64,000 bases of DNA from an uncultured virus (IMG/VR IMGVR_UViG_3300028888_000091) (IMGVR_UViG_3300028888_000091), one strand, 5' to 3'; shown: positions 17,911 to 29,603, numbered from the stretch's first letter. A program made the numbers and translations. Notes: generated from the sequence alone by a model not told the origin.

Positions 17911-18633
17911 TTAATCATCTCCATTTACTATTTTAGTATTAATAATTTCCTTTTTAGGAATATTATTATTTAATTCAACATCTTTCTTGGATTCCATTGT
18001 GTTTTTTAAGGAATATTCATCCGGCATTTCTTCTTCAATGTATATTCCAGTAACACCCTCTCCAAGTCTACAAACTTCTTTTTCTGCAACTTTACGAATC
18101 ATTGCAGATTTATTTGATTTCCAAACTGATTTTTTCTTATCATATTCATCAGTTTGAACAAATATAAAAAGTGGTTCTAATCCATGATACTTTAAACTTG
18201 CCCATGCACCAATACATTCACCTCTGTCTTTAATTCCATGACTATGAGTAAATGAATCTAATTCACCATTCACCCATGACACATTAAAATTATCGTTTTC
18301 ATAAACTGCACTACTTTGTAACTTTTCAAAAGCCGGATTGTTTTTGGCAATTCTAACATATCCATCTCTTGCAGTCATAATTGTTGGTCTACCATCAATT
18401 TTAGTAAACCAAATTTCTTTTCTGAATGGGTCTAAACCATAATTTTGAGCAACTTTTAAAAACATTAGCAATTCACTTCTGTTTGCCTTTTGGGCAACAG
18501 TATCACTAATTGCTTGAACCATTTCCTCATCATAAATTGCTAAAACATTCCCATTCTCTTCACTCTTGATAATTATTTCATCAGTTAAATTCTTCTTTTT
18601 ACTTTTTTTAGGTTTTGGAGTAACAGTTACCAT
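17911..18633 (-). CDS. RecT/Red-beta family ssDNA annealing protein
   Basis: YGLDPFRKEIW, RDGY, AVYEND, GAWA, W..AMIRKVAE. Confidence 0.88.
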   Translation of the reverse strand: MVTVTPKPKKSKKKNLTDEIIIKSEENGNVLAIYDEEMVQAISDTVAQKANRSELLMFLKVAQNYGLDPFRKEIWFTKIDGRPTIMTARDGYVRIAKNNPAFEKLQSSAVYENDNFNVSWVNGELDSFTHSHGIKDRGECIGAWASLKYHGLEPLFIFVQTDEYDKKKSVWKSNKSAMIRKVAEKEVCRLGEGVTGIYIEEEMPDEYSLKNTMESKKDVELNNNIPKKEIINTKIVNGDD

Positions 18634-18634
18634 A

Positions 18635-18850
18635 TTAACTCTCCTTTGAAATTATTTGAGTTATATCAGATTTTGATAACCCAACGATATTTTTCTTGAA
18701 TTTAGAAGCCGGTACATTTCTTTCAATATACCCATTATTCATTCTAAATGAATATTCTTTATCTTCTTTTTCAATAGTTTCAACTAACTTTTTAGATAAA
18801 TCTATTAATTCATCACTAACATTTATTAATCCAATCATAAGACCACACAC
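18635..18850 (-). CDS. Hypothetical protein
   Basis: First ORF after the promoter at ~18930. Confidence 0.55.
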   Translation of the reverse strand: MCGLMIGLINVSDELIDLSKKLVETIEKEDKEYSFRMNNGYIERNVPASKFKKNIVGLSKSDITQIISKES

Positions 18851-18923
18851 CTAAATTATTTTTTTGATGAAATTTCCAATTTTTGAAATCAGTATATTTC
18901 ACCTATATTTATGTTGTTTTAAG

Positions 18924-18942
18924 TAGTATATAAAGTTATCTG
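18924..18942 (-). promoter_or_regulatory. Archaeal TATA promoter for the replication operon
   Basis: - strand AACTTTATATACT, same TTTATATACT core as the early promoters. Confidence 0.6.
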
Positions 18943-18958
18943 TATGTGCTTTTCTCTC

Positions 18959-20122
18959 TTATTGGAAAAATGTCAAATGAGGCATGACTTGTAAATAAGT
19001 ATTTTTAATACTTTCTTTATTAAATAACTCTTCACTTTCACCTACATAAAATTTATCAGTATTAATTGAAGATGCATGACCTTCCATCAATAAACTAATA
19101 TCTCTATTAGTAGTATATGCACGAAGTGTACTAATAAACCTATGTCTTAAACTATGAGGATGAAATCTTGGAATAGATTCTTTTCTTTGTTTCCATTCTT
19201 TTCTACTAATTTTGTGATTTTTAAATAACTCATCTAATTCATTTTCTTTATGTTGTTTTAATAATTTATTTTTATTAAAAAACATAACTGAAATACTTTT
19301 TTCATCAAATTTTCCAATATAATTTCGTTTTCTACTACTAAACAAAGGACATTCTCCATCTAATACTAAATCATCACCATATTCTTTATTATGTCTTTCA
19401 ATACTTTTCATTCTTAATTTTAAACTTTGAATGAGTAAATTAGATGCTTCTGTACTACAACATACTTTACATGGTAATCCAGTTTTTTTAGTTTTATTTG
19501 GAATAAACTCAAAATAAGGTATCATATTTTGTGGTGCTTTTTCCAAAAATTCTTCAACAGATACTGCATCAACATAATCACAACAAGCATAAATAAGACA
19601 ATCTATTGTAAATTCATGAACTAAATCATATCTTCTAACTCCAGTTGAAGCCATAAAAGTAATTAATGCTTGATGATGAATATTTGAATTATTTAAAATA
19701 AATCTAATATCATCAGTTGTTATCAATTGAACTTTACTTTGTGTCTGTTCTGATTTAAAAACAACTTTTGGAGTTTCAATATTACTTTTTTTTAATATTA
19801 CTAATAATTGCTTTATTTTTAAATTTATTGTACTTTTTTTATTATTTTTTTCGACAAGATAATTTGTAAATATACGAATATAATCATTAATTAAACTATC
19901 ATTAGGATTATATCTTATAATATCTGTTCCATTAATGATTTTATCTCTTTGAAGTTCTTTAACTTCTTTAACTATATCTGAATATGGTTTTCCTATACAA
20001 TTGCAGAATTGTTTTATTACTGAATAATATGTTGCAACTGAATATGGACTTAATTCATTTTTATCAATTATTTTTAATACTTCTATATCTTCATCAACAT
20101 TATATGTTTTTGCATCATACAT
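18959..20122 (-). CDS. int: Tyrosine recombinase / integrase
   Basis: STGVRR (R), KTKK (K), HSLRH (HxxR), MEGH, FY catalytic Tyr; own TATA (~20160) and AGGTGA SD. Confidence 0.9.
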   Translation of the reverse strand: MYDAKTYNVDEDIEVLKIIDKNELSPYSVATYYSVIKQFCNCIGKPYSDIVKEVKELQRDKIINGTDIIRYNPNDSLINDYIRIFTNYLVEKNNKKSTINLKIKQLLVILKKSNIETPKVVFKSEQTQSKVQLITTDDIRFILNNSNIHHQALITFMASTGVRRYDLVHEFTIDCLIYACCDYVDAVSVEEFLEKAPQNMIPYFEFIPNKTKKTGLPCKVCCSTEASNLLIQSLKLRMKSIERHNKEYGDDLVLDGECPLFSSRKRNYIGKFDEKSISVMFFNKNKLLKQHKENELDELFKNHKISRKEWKQRKESIPRFHPHSLRHRFISTLRAYTTNRDISLLMEGHASSINTDKFYVGESEELFNKESIKNTYLQVMPHLTFFQ

Positions 20123-20291
20123 AAAATATCACCTATTATATGTATATATAGGTTATTATATATAAATGTATTTATTTATGGGAAGAAATAAGATATGATG
20201 TATAGAATTATATCTATACTATTTTGTATTGTATTAGATGTTAATAAGATATAAATATTGTGATATTTTGTGTTGTGAATTTACCAACACT

Positions 20292-20326
20292 AAAAAAAAG
20301 ATTATTGTTCGAGAAAACCCGAACAA
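20292..20326 (-). terminator. Hairpin plus U8 ending the late operon
   Basis: - strand TTGTTCGGG-TTTT-CTCGAACAA followed by T8. Confidence 0.65.
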
Positions 20327-20339
20327 AAATTAAAATTAT

Positions 20340-20648
20340 TTAAATTTCATCTTCAATTACTTCTTCATCTTCTTCAATAACATCAGATTCCATTTCACAT
20401 TGACAATTTTCATGAGAAACACAATCTGCAATAGTTTTAATATTTTGCCTATTATTATTCAAGAATTTAAAGAAATTTGGATAATATGCATTAACAATAC
20501 TAAATGTTAATCCAATAACTGCACCAATTACAATTGCTACTTGAGAAGTTCCTCCAAGAGAATCAATAATTGCTCCTCCACCAAGTGTACTAAACACAAA
20601 CATTATAATTGTGGTTATATTACCAATAATTACTTCATTTTCACTCAT
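20340..20648 (-). CDS. Holin-like membrane protein
   Basis: Two TM segments and a charged tail; last gene of the late operon. Confidence 0.55.
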   Translation of the reverse strand: MSENEVIIGNITTIIMFVFSTLGGGAIIDSLGGTSQVAIVIGAVIGLTFSIVNAYYPNFFKFLNNNRQNIKTIADCVSHENCQCEMESDVIEEDEEVIEDEI

Positions 20649-20671
20649 TTTAACTTTTTACCTCTAAAATT

Positions 20672-20872
20672 TTATTCTAAATAAACATTATCAACAATTG
20701 CACCTATATTAAATGCTAAAACTATCCAAAATAAAATAAATAACAAATCAGATAATTCTATATTAACAATGCCTACAACAAAACTAATATTATATACTAA
20801 TAAAATTAATTGTAGTATAATTATTCCAATAAGAACAATTATACACATTTTATCAAATTCTTCAAACTTCAT
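20672..20872 (-). CDS. Small membrane protein (2 TM)
   Basis: Hydrophobic composition. Confidence 0.6.
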   Translation of the reverse strand: MKFEEFDKMCIIVLIGIIILQLILLVYNISFVVGIVNIELSDLLFILFWIVLAFNIGAIVDNVYLE

Positions 20873-20883
20873 AACTATTTATC

Positions 20884-23823
20884 TTATGTTCTTGTTGTGA
20901 AATAATTACTATACACATATGCTTGACTGGTATCATTTTCCCTATCCATTCTATAACCAATACTTAAACTTGTTTCTGTTAAGTTTGGAGTATATCGAAT
21001 AGTTACTGGTGTATCATAAGCAATAGGATATTCAAAGACTATTTTATTTTTCTGATAATCAACAGTAAAATCAATATCTTCAACTAATTCATCTCTTGTT
21101 AAAGTATCTTCATCATCCCACAAAACAACTTCACGAAGATTATCTCTTGGTGCTACTTTTGTAGTATATTCTATTTTTCCATCGGCATTCATATACTCTT
21201 CACTAACAACAAATGTTTCTGTCCACATATCCATTTTCAATGGGAAATCTTTACTTGTTAAATCTCTTATCCATAATGGGTTATAAGTAATTAATAATTC
21301 ACAACTACTTAAATTATTTCTCATACTGGATTTAGGAATTAATGATTTAGTATTATAATCAACAGTATAATTCATATGTTCGATATAAGCAGTATCTCTT
21401 AAATTAATAACTAATTGTATAATGTTACCGGTGTAACCATCTTCTGTAACATCTTCTGCTCCTTCTACAACATTTCCATCAAGAGTTCCATCTAATGCTT
21501 TGAAACATTTGATATTACCATCATCTCCAAGAACAATGTGCTTTTGCATATTAGCACCATTCAAGTTAAATATAATACCTTTTTTATCTTGGGTGAAAGC
21601 ATAATCTTTATCAGATGAAAATCCAGTTTGCCTACTTGTCCAATCAGTAACATAAGTATAATTCTCATCATATTCCAAAACAGTTTCAATAACTCCCTCT
21701 TGTTTATCATCTTCATTTTGAGGTTCTTGGAATACAATATTAATTAAATCAGAATTTACTTCTCTATTTAATTTTAAAATATACTCTGTATTCGGTGGAT
21801 TATAATTACTTTCTTCAAAATCTTCTACATCAATTATTGCTTCACCTAATATTTTATTACAAGATAATAAAGGATATGCCGGATAATGTAATAATTCTAT
21901 TTTATCAAAGTATTCAAAGTATTTTTCATGGTTTGATGGATAACTACTGATAATATAAACTGGTGGTTCTAATGTTTTTAAGAATGCTCTAAATTCATAA
22001 TCTTTCTGAATTTCTTCTCTAAAAGCATCATCATCACTAAATTCACTTTTTTGAGCAGTAGGATAAAATGCTCTATAATAATCCCATAAATCTTCAATAG
22101 TATCTTTACGAATACTTATTGTTTGTTGTGCTTCAACTTCTTTAATAATATCAATCTTAACATCTGCACCATCTTCTTGTTCATAATCTGCATTCACTTC
22201 TGACCAAATACAAGCCGGTAACATTGTTTCAGACTCTGGACAATAAGGTAATGAACGAATATATGCTTTTCGTGTAGCAGTTGTTTCAACAAGGAAATGA
22301 ACAGAACGAAGAGTAGGAGTTTTATATTTATTAGTGTTTTTTAAATTACATCTCACAACAATAAATGTAGGTTTATCTTGAGATAAATCATAATCTCCCG
22401 CACCATTATTTACATCACCAATCATATGGTTATTGTTGAAATTATCCCCATCATAACTAATATCCCATAATATTTCACACTCTTCCGGTACATCACCACA
22501 ACCTCTTTCATCGATTGTTAATTTAGTAATTGGATTGGTTGCCGGTATATTAAAGTAAAGATAATGGTCACCCACATTATAAATTGGTGTTTCAACAGTA
22601 GTTGGTTCATATCCAATTAACTTTTTACCACTTTTTGGTTTGGTTTTAATTTTAGTTTTTGTTGGTTGAACATAAACTTCAAAACCAAAAGCAATTGGCA
22701 TAGTAGATTTACTTGCATTTAATTTACCATAAGCATTTTTATCATATCTTAACCATGTTTTACCATTGTCTAATGATTGGAAAGCATATCCATAATAATA
22801 TGAACCTTTCATATAATTAGTATAACAAGTTCTTGGCCAACCGGCGATACGATAACAAGCACCTTCATGTGATAATGGACTTCTCATAACAATAGCATAC
22901 TTATGACCTTTTGTAACCATTGCTTTCTTTTTAAATTTGAATGTTCTGATGTGAGCACCACTATAAGCATTTGAATCAGTAAAACTTTCTTCTACTCTTG
23001 CAATCGGCCCTCCATATGGCACACCTTTTTTTGTTTTCCAAATTTCACAACTGAAAGGTGATGCAGTTTTTTTGTTGGATTCTGTAATTACATTAAGATT
23101 GACTTTTGTGATATATCCAGTATGTCGAGCAGTAAATGTTTGGGCTCTGCATTTTGTTGGTATTCCTTCGGTATATGGTTTCTTTTTCCATTTTGATTTG
23201 ATATTATAATTTTTGTTTTTATCAAATCCCACATACCACCAACCATTTGGTTTCATAGCACCATAAGGCCCGTAACAGTAACTATCTTTTTTAGGACTCC
23301 CAACTTTTTTGGTTGTTTGAATTGTAGTTGATTTTTTTTCCGGTGAATAGATTGGTTGGCTTTTATCTTCTACTTCGGTTGGTTCTACATCTTCATGAAT
23401 ACGAACATATCCATTTTCTTCATTATCTGTAACAAGAATATCAACATCTTCACTTCTATTAAAATCAATTATTGATTCATCATTATAATAAATAGTACCA
23501 TTTATATCAATAACATCATCATCTTTTGTATTGAAATTTATACCAAAATTATAATCTCCACCATTATCAAATTTATAGCATTTTTTACCATCTTTTTCAC
23601 TTGCTACATATCCAAAACTTTTAATTTCATTTTCAAAGTTTGGTGGATGGAATCTTTTTCTTGATTCGGGGTCAGTTAAATCTAAAAGAATCCTTATTTG
23701 TTGATATAAATATTCATCATTTTTACAGAATTGTTTAAGGATTTCTTCAGTAACTTTTTTCTTATTACCAAATGTTTCCAACCCTAAATTTTTATATCTT
23801 GCCGGACATTTAGTCTTTGCCAT
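20884..23823 (-). CDS. Large baseplate/tail-associated structural protein
   Basis: AQTFTA..GYITKVNL beta-sandwich motif, repeated D(Y/F)TVDY modules; follows baseplate genes. Confidence 0.65.
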   Translation of the reverse strand: MAKTKCPARYKNLGLETFGNKKKVTEEILKQFCKNDEYLYQQIRILLDLTDPESRKRFHPPNFENEIKSFGYVASEKDGKKCYKFDNGGDYNFGINFNTKDDDVIDINGTIYYNDESIIDFNRSEDVDILVTDNEENGYVRIHEDVEPTEVEDKSQPIYSPEKKSTTIQTTKKVGSPKKDSYCYGPYGAMKPNGWWYVGFDKNKNYNIKSKWKKKPYTEGIPTKCRAQTFTARHTGYITKVNLNVITESNKKTASPFSCEIWKTKKGVPYGGPIARVEESFTDSNAYSGAHIRTFKFKKKAMVTKGHKYAIVMRSPLSHEGACYRIAGWPRTCYTNYMKGSYYYGYAFQSLDNGKTWLRYDKNAYGKLNASKSTMPIAFGFEVYVQPTKTKIKTKPKSGKKLIGYEPTTVETPIYNVGDHYLYFNIPATNPITKLTIDERGCGDVPEECEILWDISYDGDNFNNNHMIGDVNNGAGDYDLSQDKPTFIVVRCNLKNTNKYKTPTLRSVHFLVETTATRKAYIRSLPYCPESETMLPACIWSEVNADYEQEDGADVKIDIIKEVEAQQTISIRKDTIEDLWDYYRAFYPTAQKSEFSDDDAFREEIQKDYEFRAFLKTLEPPVYIISSYPSNHEKYFEYFDKIELLHYPAYPLLSCNKILGEAIIDVEDFEESNYNPPNTEYILKLNREVNSDLINIVFQEPQNEDDKQEGVIETVLEYDENYTYVTDWTSRQTGFSSDKDYAFTQDKKGIIFNLNGANMQKHIVLGDDGNIKCFKALDGTLDGNVVEGAEDVTEDGYTGNIIQLVINLRDTAYIEHMNYTVDYNTKSLIPKSSMRNNLSSCELLITYNPLWIRDLTSKDFPLKMDMWTETFVVSEEYMNADGKIEYTTKVAPRDNLREVVLWDDEDTLTRDELVEDIDFTVDYQKNKIVFEYPIAYDTPVTIRYTPNLTETSLSIGYRMDRENDTSQAYVYSNYFTTRT

Positions 23824-23849
23824 TATTTAACAATTTCTCCTATATTTTT

Positions 23850-24473
23850 TTATTGTAATTTAAACACATATTCTAATATAATATTAGTTCCAAATGGAAG
23901 ATTGTATGGTGCATGAATATCATGACTTACTAATCTTCCCCAATTTGTTTTTACACCTATTTCAGTTGTTCCATCTAAATATTCTTTTTCAATTTCATAT
24001 TTCATTACCAATTCAGTTGATTTTAATACAAAATCTTCTATTTTACATTCTTTTGAAGGATTGTATAATTCAGTATCATATTCTGATGGTTTTGATGTAT
24101 TTTCATCAATGAAATTACATCTTCCAATACATATTTTATCCAATTTTTCATAAAAATCAACAAAATTTTCACCATCAAATTTGTATTGTTTATTCGTATC
24201 TTTATCAATGAAATTTACATTTTCATCATAACTCCCATCATTATTATCTAATTTTACTTCATAAGTGTCATCAACATTATGTTGATTATAAAAGTCATTA
24301 TCATAATAATAACCTAATTCAATTCTATAATCATCATTGTCATGATACCATTTTTCTAAAAAGAATTCATAACCTTTTTTTGTAATTAAATTATGATTTG
24401 TTATTTTTACTGAATATACATCAAACATTGTATAAATGTTATATTGTATATTATATTCTCCAATTATATTCAT
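23850..24473 (-). CDS. Tail-collar/fibre attachment-like protein
   Basis: NLITKKG...ICIG...EIGV pattern; follows baseplate wedge genes. Confidence 0.55.
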   Translation of the reverse strand: MNIIGEYNIQYNIYTMFDVYSVKITNHNLITKKGYEFFLEKWYHDNDDYRIELGYYYDNDFYNQHNVDDTYEVKLDNNDGSYDENVNFIDKDTNKQYKFDGENFVDFYEKLDKICIGRCNFIDENTSKPSEYDTELYNPSKECKIEDFVLKSTELVMKYEIEKEYLDGTTEIGVKTNWGRLVSHDIHAPYNLPFGTNIILEYVFKLQ

Positions 24474-27400
24474 ACAGTTAATTCCTCCATTGTTAATGGT
24501 AATTTTCTTTTTAATTTGAAATCTTTGAACATGAATGGTTCATTTCGATAAATTTTTATTTCAAAAGAATTATCAGATTTATTCATGAATGGAATTCTAT
24601 AATAATACCCATTTTCACCAATTTCTAAATAATCTTTGAAGTCATTTAAGATTAATTTTTCTTTACTTGCAGTATTATCCTCATTAAATACTAACATTAA
24701 AATTTCTATATTAAAATCATTTATAACATTATATTCATCAATGTAAAATGGTTTAAATAATATTTCATATTCACCTTTTTTAACATATTTATTAAATTTA
24801 TAAATATGTTCATAATGATTATCTGTTAAAGTATCAACATTAATTTCATCTTCTGCAGATACAATACCACTTTCCACATCTAACCAATTATCAAAGTAAA
24901 TATTTGTTTGAGTATCTAATTTCATATCATTACTTTCAGTAGTATCATTAAGCACAAAATTGAAAAATCCTTTTTTTGCGAGAGGTAAACTACGATTTAA
25001 AATATTTCCAAAAATATTTAAATTATCATATCTGATATTACTTGGAATTTCAGTATAATCTGCATATAAATCATAAACACAACTATTATAATCAGTTGTT
25101 GTTCTCATATACTCACTATCTAAATGATTAACTGTTACTCTTTGTAATGTTATATCACTTATTTGGAATTCGGATTCAGATTCAAGAACTATTTCAACAT
25201 TTTGTGCAGTAGGTAAAGTTAAGAAATTAGTACAAATATATTCACATAATATACCCCATTCATCATTATAATTAGTATATACTAATTCATTATATTCATT
25301 AATTTCATCATAATCTTCTCTTAAAGGCACATACTCTTCAACTTCTCTAATATCTCCATTATTATTTTTATAAATAACTCTTAATTTTAAATCAGTTTCG
25401 GGATATTCTTTAACACAAAAACGAAGTTGATAACGAGTATTTGGAACTACTTTTAACGAATTAGTTAATTTTATTTGATAATCAGAATTAATTCTTTCTG
25501 CAAGATACCAATTAAATTTCCTTGAAGCAGACTCATATTTAATAACATATTCATCATTTTCATTAATATAATAATCATAATCAATTCTTACAAGAGTACC
25601 ATTTATATCTCTAATATAATTATCATTCTCATCAACTAATATACCATTTCTATTATGACTGTATTCTTGAGGAGTTATGATTGATTTAAATTTTGGTTTT
25701 TCAAGATTTGATTCTTCTGTTTTAATTTCATAATCTGAATTATTATAAAATGATTCAACTTTATTTTTACTTAATTCATTAATGTATTTGTAATCATCTG
25801 CATCAAGAGTTTTCATATAACTGTAATTTTGTTCTGCGATAATTACTTTACGATTTACTAATTCAGAATCTATATGGAAATATTTCCATAATTCAAGACA
25901 TGGGAAATATATTTTATTATAATTATTTATATAATATTCTAATCTTTTTTGATAATGATAATCATCTTCATTTAATGTATTACAAAATGTAGGATATGTT
26001 TTTGAGTAAAAATCAATTTCTTCTTCTTTTGATTCAAATTGTGGTTGTGTAAAAACATGGCGAGGAACATTATAAAAAGTACCAAGTACATCTAATGATA
26101 TATCATGATAAAATATATTATCTTCACATACATATCTTTTCATTAATGTTTTATCATAATATGAATCATATGGATGAAGAGAATCATAATAAGTAACTTT
26201 TAAATCATAATTATTCTTTAATTCTACAAAATTACCGTTTTTATCAAATATTTTATCTTCATCTTTTATTTCATATCTCCATACATACTTATTCACATCA
26301 AGGTCTATCTCTTCAATATTATCAGTATCTTTTAAAAATGGATAATATACTTGATTATCATTGTAATTATAGATATGTGCAAACTTATCACTTATCTGTT
26401 TACTATCATATCCAAAATTTTCAATAACGAAATCTGCAATATATATAGGTGAATCATCTTTAAATATTTCAATTAATTTAATTCCAAATTGATGAACACG
26501 AAAAGTTAAATAATCCTTATTATTTATTGTTTCTAATTCAATATTTAAATTATCATATGTTCTTTCATTTGCATCAATAATATTATTATTATTATAATCT
26601 ATAAAGTCAATTTCCGGAAATCCTTTGAGAAAATGATAATCATCCCATGTCCACACTTCTAAAACATACTTATCATTACTTATAATAGGAGTTATATCTT
26701 CTTGTTCTACTAATGGGATTCTTACAGTATCATTTGAAGCAACATCTGTAAATAAATAATAATAATCATCATCATTACCATCAACAATGATTTTTTCATC
26801 ATTATCATTAATATAATAATATTCGGAAATTTCTATTTCTTCATCATTCTCATTTGTTTCAATTGATACATCAGAATTTACCCAAATAAGTTTATCATCA
26901 TCAACTTCTTTGAATTTCCCATCTTCCATGACACCATACTTCTTTAAATTAATATCATAATATAAAGTATAATTATCAGATATTTTTGAAAATGTCCATT
27001 CAAATTTTCCATTATTATCATTGCTTGGATTTATTATTTGTTTATATTTCAATGTATTTGTATTAATAGTTTCAATCAAAGGAATCTTTGAAGAAATATC
27101 ACTTCCAACAATTTCTGAAGAGATATAATAATGATTATTATTTATTAAAATTTTATCATTATTTTCATCAATAAAATAATATGTCAATATATCATTAGAA
27201 TTTTCACAATAAATTTTATCAACTTTGTGGATATAATCACTTCTAATTTTTTCAAAATTCTTTCCATTATAAACATAATAATTATTATCAGAAATATTAT
27301 GACATAATGTAAAATTATTTTCATTATTAGAAATAGTCAATAAATATTTATCATCAACTATATCATATTCATTTAAAACATTAAAGTTATTTTCTGCAAT

Positions 27401-28054
27401 AAATTTATTTATAATATCTGTTCCAGTAATATCTTCATAAACAATATGTCTGAAAAAATGAGAATAATTATCTATGAATGATTCACTATGAATAAGAGAA
27501 GTTTGTGGAACTTCATTTTCATCCACTTCCATATAATTATCTTCATATTTATAATACTTTTTAGTGATTAAATCATAATAATATTTACCATTTTCACCTT
27601 GAATAATATTTTTATATTCATCACCAAGACTAATAGATGGTTCTTGATAAGAAAAATCTTCCTCATTAACATCAAAAGAATTATCAGTAATTACTTTTGA
27701 ATGATTTTCATAAAATTCATTATTATGATAATAACCATTCACAACATCATAATTATTAACAATATGATTATCTTTTATTGTAGGATTTTTATAAATATTA
27801 ACCCATTTTAATCTTGGAACATTAACAGTAAATTCAACTTCCCATTTATAAGGTTCAGTTTGAGTTTTATTAATCTGTAATGGTTTATTAAGTAATCTAC
27901 TCCAATCAACAGTTTTAATTTTATGCCTAATATCTCTTTGTTGATGATTAAGTATACTTAAATGTTTACTAAAATTACTATCTTCATTTTTATCAAGCCA
28001 ATGGGGAAATAATTTCTTTGACTCTTCTAACATATCCCATTTCATAAATATCAC
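24470..28054 (-). CDS. Baseplate wedge protein (P2 gpI / Mu gp48-like) with large insertions
   Basis: LFPHWL N-terminus, LDVLGTFYNVPR, EDDYHYQKRL; directly after the J-like gene. Confidence 0.65.
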   Translation of the reverse strand: MIFMKWDMLEESKKLFPHWLDKNEDSNFSKHLSILNHQQRDIRHKIKTVDWSRLLNKPLQINKTQTEPYKWEVEFTVNVPRLKWVNIYKNPTIKDNHIVNNYDVVNGYYHNNEFYENHSKVITDNSFDVNEEDFSYQEPSISLGDEYKNIIQGENGKYYYDLITKKYYKYEDNYMEVDENEVPQTSLIHSESFIDNYSHFFRHIVYEDITGTDIINKFIAENNFNVLNEYDIVDDKYLLTISNNENNFTLCHNISDNNYYVYNGKNFEKIRSDYIHKVDKIYCENSNDILTYYFIDENNDKILINNNHYYISSEIVGSDISSKIPLIETINTNTLKYKQIINPSNDNNGKFEWTFSKISDNYTLYYDINLKKYGVMEDGKFKEVDDDKLIWVNSDVSIETNENDEEIEISEYYYINDNDEKIIVDGNDDDYYYLFTDVASNDTVRIPLVEQEDITPIISNDKYVLEVWTWDDYHFLKGFPEIDFIDYNNNNIIDANERTYDNLNIELETINNKDYLTFRVHQFGIKLIEIFKDDSPIYIADFVIENFGYDSKQISDKFAHIYNYNDNQVYYPFLKDTDNIEEIDLDVNKYVWRYEIKDEDKIFDKNGNFVELKNNYDLKVTYYDSLHPYDSYYDKTLMKRYVCEDNIFYHDISLDVLGTFYNVPRHVFTQPQFESKEEEIDFYSKTYPTFCNTLNEDDYHYQKRLEYYINNYNKIYFPCLELWKYFHIDSELVNRKVIIAEQNYSYMKTLDADDYKYINELSKNKVESFYNNSDYEIKTEESNLEKPKFKSIITPQEYSHNRNGILVDENDNYIRDINGTLVRIDYDYYINENDEYVIKYESASRKFNWYLAERINSDYQIKLTNSLKVVPNTRYQLRFCVKEYPETDLKLRVIYKNNNGDIREVEEYVPLREDYDEINEYNELVYTNYNDEWGILCEYICTNFLTLPTAQNVEIVLESESEFQISDITLQRVTVNHLDSEYMRTTTDYNSCVYDLYADYTEIPSNIRYDNLNIFGNILNRSLPLAKKGFFNFVLNDTTESNDMKLDTQTNIYFDNWLDVESGIVSAEDEINVDTLTDNHYEHIYKFNKYVKKGEYEILFKPFYIDEYNVINDFNIEILMLVFNEDNTASKEKLILNDFKDYLEIGENGYYYRIPFMNKSDNSFEIKIYRNEPFMFKDFKLKRKLPLTMEELTV

Positions 28055-29592
28055 TCAATACTTACATTTACATCTCTACAAACACATATACTTTCATCAT
28101 CTATTTTAATATGAGCATTATAATCACTAATACTTTCATCTATACCATTAATAATTATTTTAGAAATAGAAGCATTATCTTTAAAAGCAGTTAATTTTAT
28201 AACACTACCATAAATATCAATATCTGCATCAATTTCAAAATGAGATTTCTTTGAATGGAAAATAGTTTCATCATCTTGAATAAATTCTACAAGATACCCA
28301 TCATTATCACTTTCAAAACTTGTAGCATTATTAATTAATAACACATCACTTTGACAAGCATCACCATAATCACCGACTAACTTGTTATTAAACACATCCA
28401 TTGTTGGAGATGAATGAGTTTTAATTTCTTTATCTTCATCAACATAAACAATAGGTGAAAATTCATATGCATAAATACTTTCATCAAAATTTTTAACAGT
28501 ATTACTGAAATCAATACTTTTTAATTGAGGAACTTCTTGCAATATAAATACTGCACATTGTAAAGGAATAAAATCTTCACCAATTAATAGACCAGTATAA
28601 TACTCTCCATTGTTTCGGTAACCACCATCAATATAGATTTTTATTGCATTACTTACTTTCTGTTTTATTAATTCTTTTTCTTTGTAAGAATAATCTTCTA
28701 TACTATCAATGGAAATATTTCCAATTGCATTAACATCAATAACTTTTCTATTTGCCCCAGTTACAAAAACATCATCATCAAATAATTCAACATTATATAA
28801 TAATCTTTCAGTAACATCATTAATAATCCAATCATCTGATGGGTCTATAATAACTTTAACTGTTCCAGTTCCATCCCATTTAGGAACAAGTCTATAAGAT
28901 TCAATACCATCATAGAATGCAAAGAATAATTCATATGCTTCTTTTGTTCCTTTTATATGACTATATGGCCAATTACGAATTAATTCACGATATTCATCAT
29001 CTGAATACTCACTTCTCCCACCATAACTACCTTTTGGATTAGTTACACTCACATTAGCATTTAAATTATTACTACTTCTTTCAATATAATTTAAAGTATA
29101 TCTTCCAACATGAGTATTATATCCACCATCTACTGATAATGCTCCAACATTTACACTTGTTCTTCCTTTAATTATTGTACCAGTTTCGATTGTATAATAT
29201 GATGTACCATTTCCATCACTCACAATAGTTCCTTGTGGAATTCTTATATCAGTATCCATAGCAGAATTAACTTCAAATCTCAAAGTAACACTACTTTTTC
29301 TTGCTTGTGGTCTGCTAATTCCAACTTTTGCACCAAGAATATCTAAATCTTTACCAACTGCTTTATCTAAATCATTACTATTATATAATTTAGTCATTTC
29401 TTCATAGAATTCACCAGTTTGCATAGCATAAACAGACAAGAACAAAATATACATATTCTCAATATCTTCTCTGTTATTAATATAATCAAGAAAATGCTCA
29501 TCACTACTGATTAACTCATATTGATAAGCATCTTGAAGCATTTCTTTGAAAATTTGGTCAAAATCTTTTTCACGATAATTAACACTTCTCAT
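28051..29592 (-). CDS. Baseplate J / gp47-like wedge protein
   Basis: AVGKDLDILG..GISR, IPQGT, GG..E.SDDEYR, GTKEAY, WDGTGTVKV. Confidence 0.9.
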   Translation of the reverse strand: MRSVNYREKDFDQIFKEMLQDAYQYELISSDEHFLDYINNREDIENMYILFLSVYAMQTGEFYEEMTKLYNSNDLDKAVGKDLDILGAKVGISRPQARKSSVTLRFEVNSAMDTDIRIPQGTIVSDGNGTSYYTIETGTIIKGRTSVNVGALSVDGGYNTHVGRYTLNYIERSSNNLNANVSVTNPKGSYGGRSEYSDDEYRELIRNWPYSHIKGTKEAYELFFAFYDGIESYRLVPKWDGTGTVKVIIDPSDDWIINDVTERLLYNVELFDDDVFVTGANRKVIDVNAIGNISIDSIEDYSYKEKELIKQKVSNAIKIYIDGGYRNNGEYYTGLLIGEDFIPLQCAVFILQEVPQLKSIDFSNTVKNFDESIYAYEFSPIVYVDEDKEIKTHSSPTMDVFNNKLVGDYGDACQSDVLLINNATSFESDNDGYLVEFIQDDETIFHSKKSHFEIDADIDIYGSVIKLTAFKDNASISKIIINGIDESISDYNAHIKIDDESICVCRDVNVSIE

Positions 29593-29603
29593 AATTATTT
29601 AAT

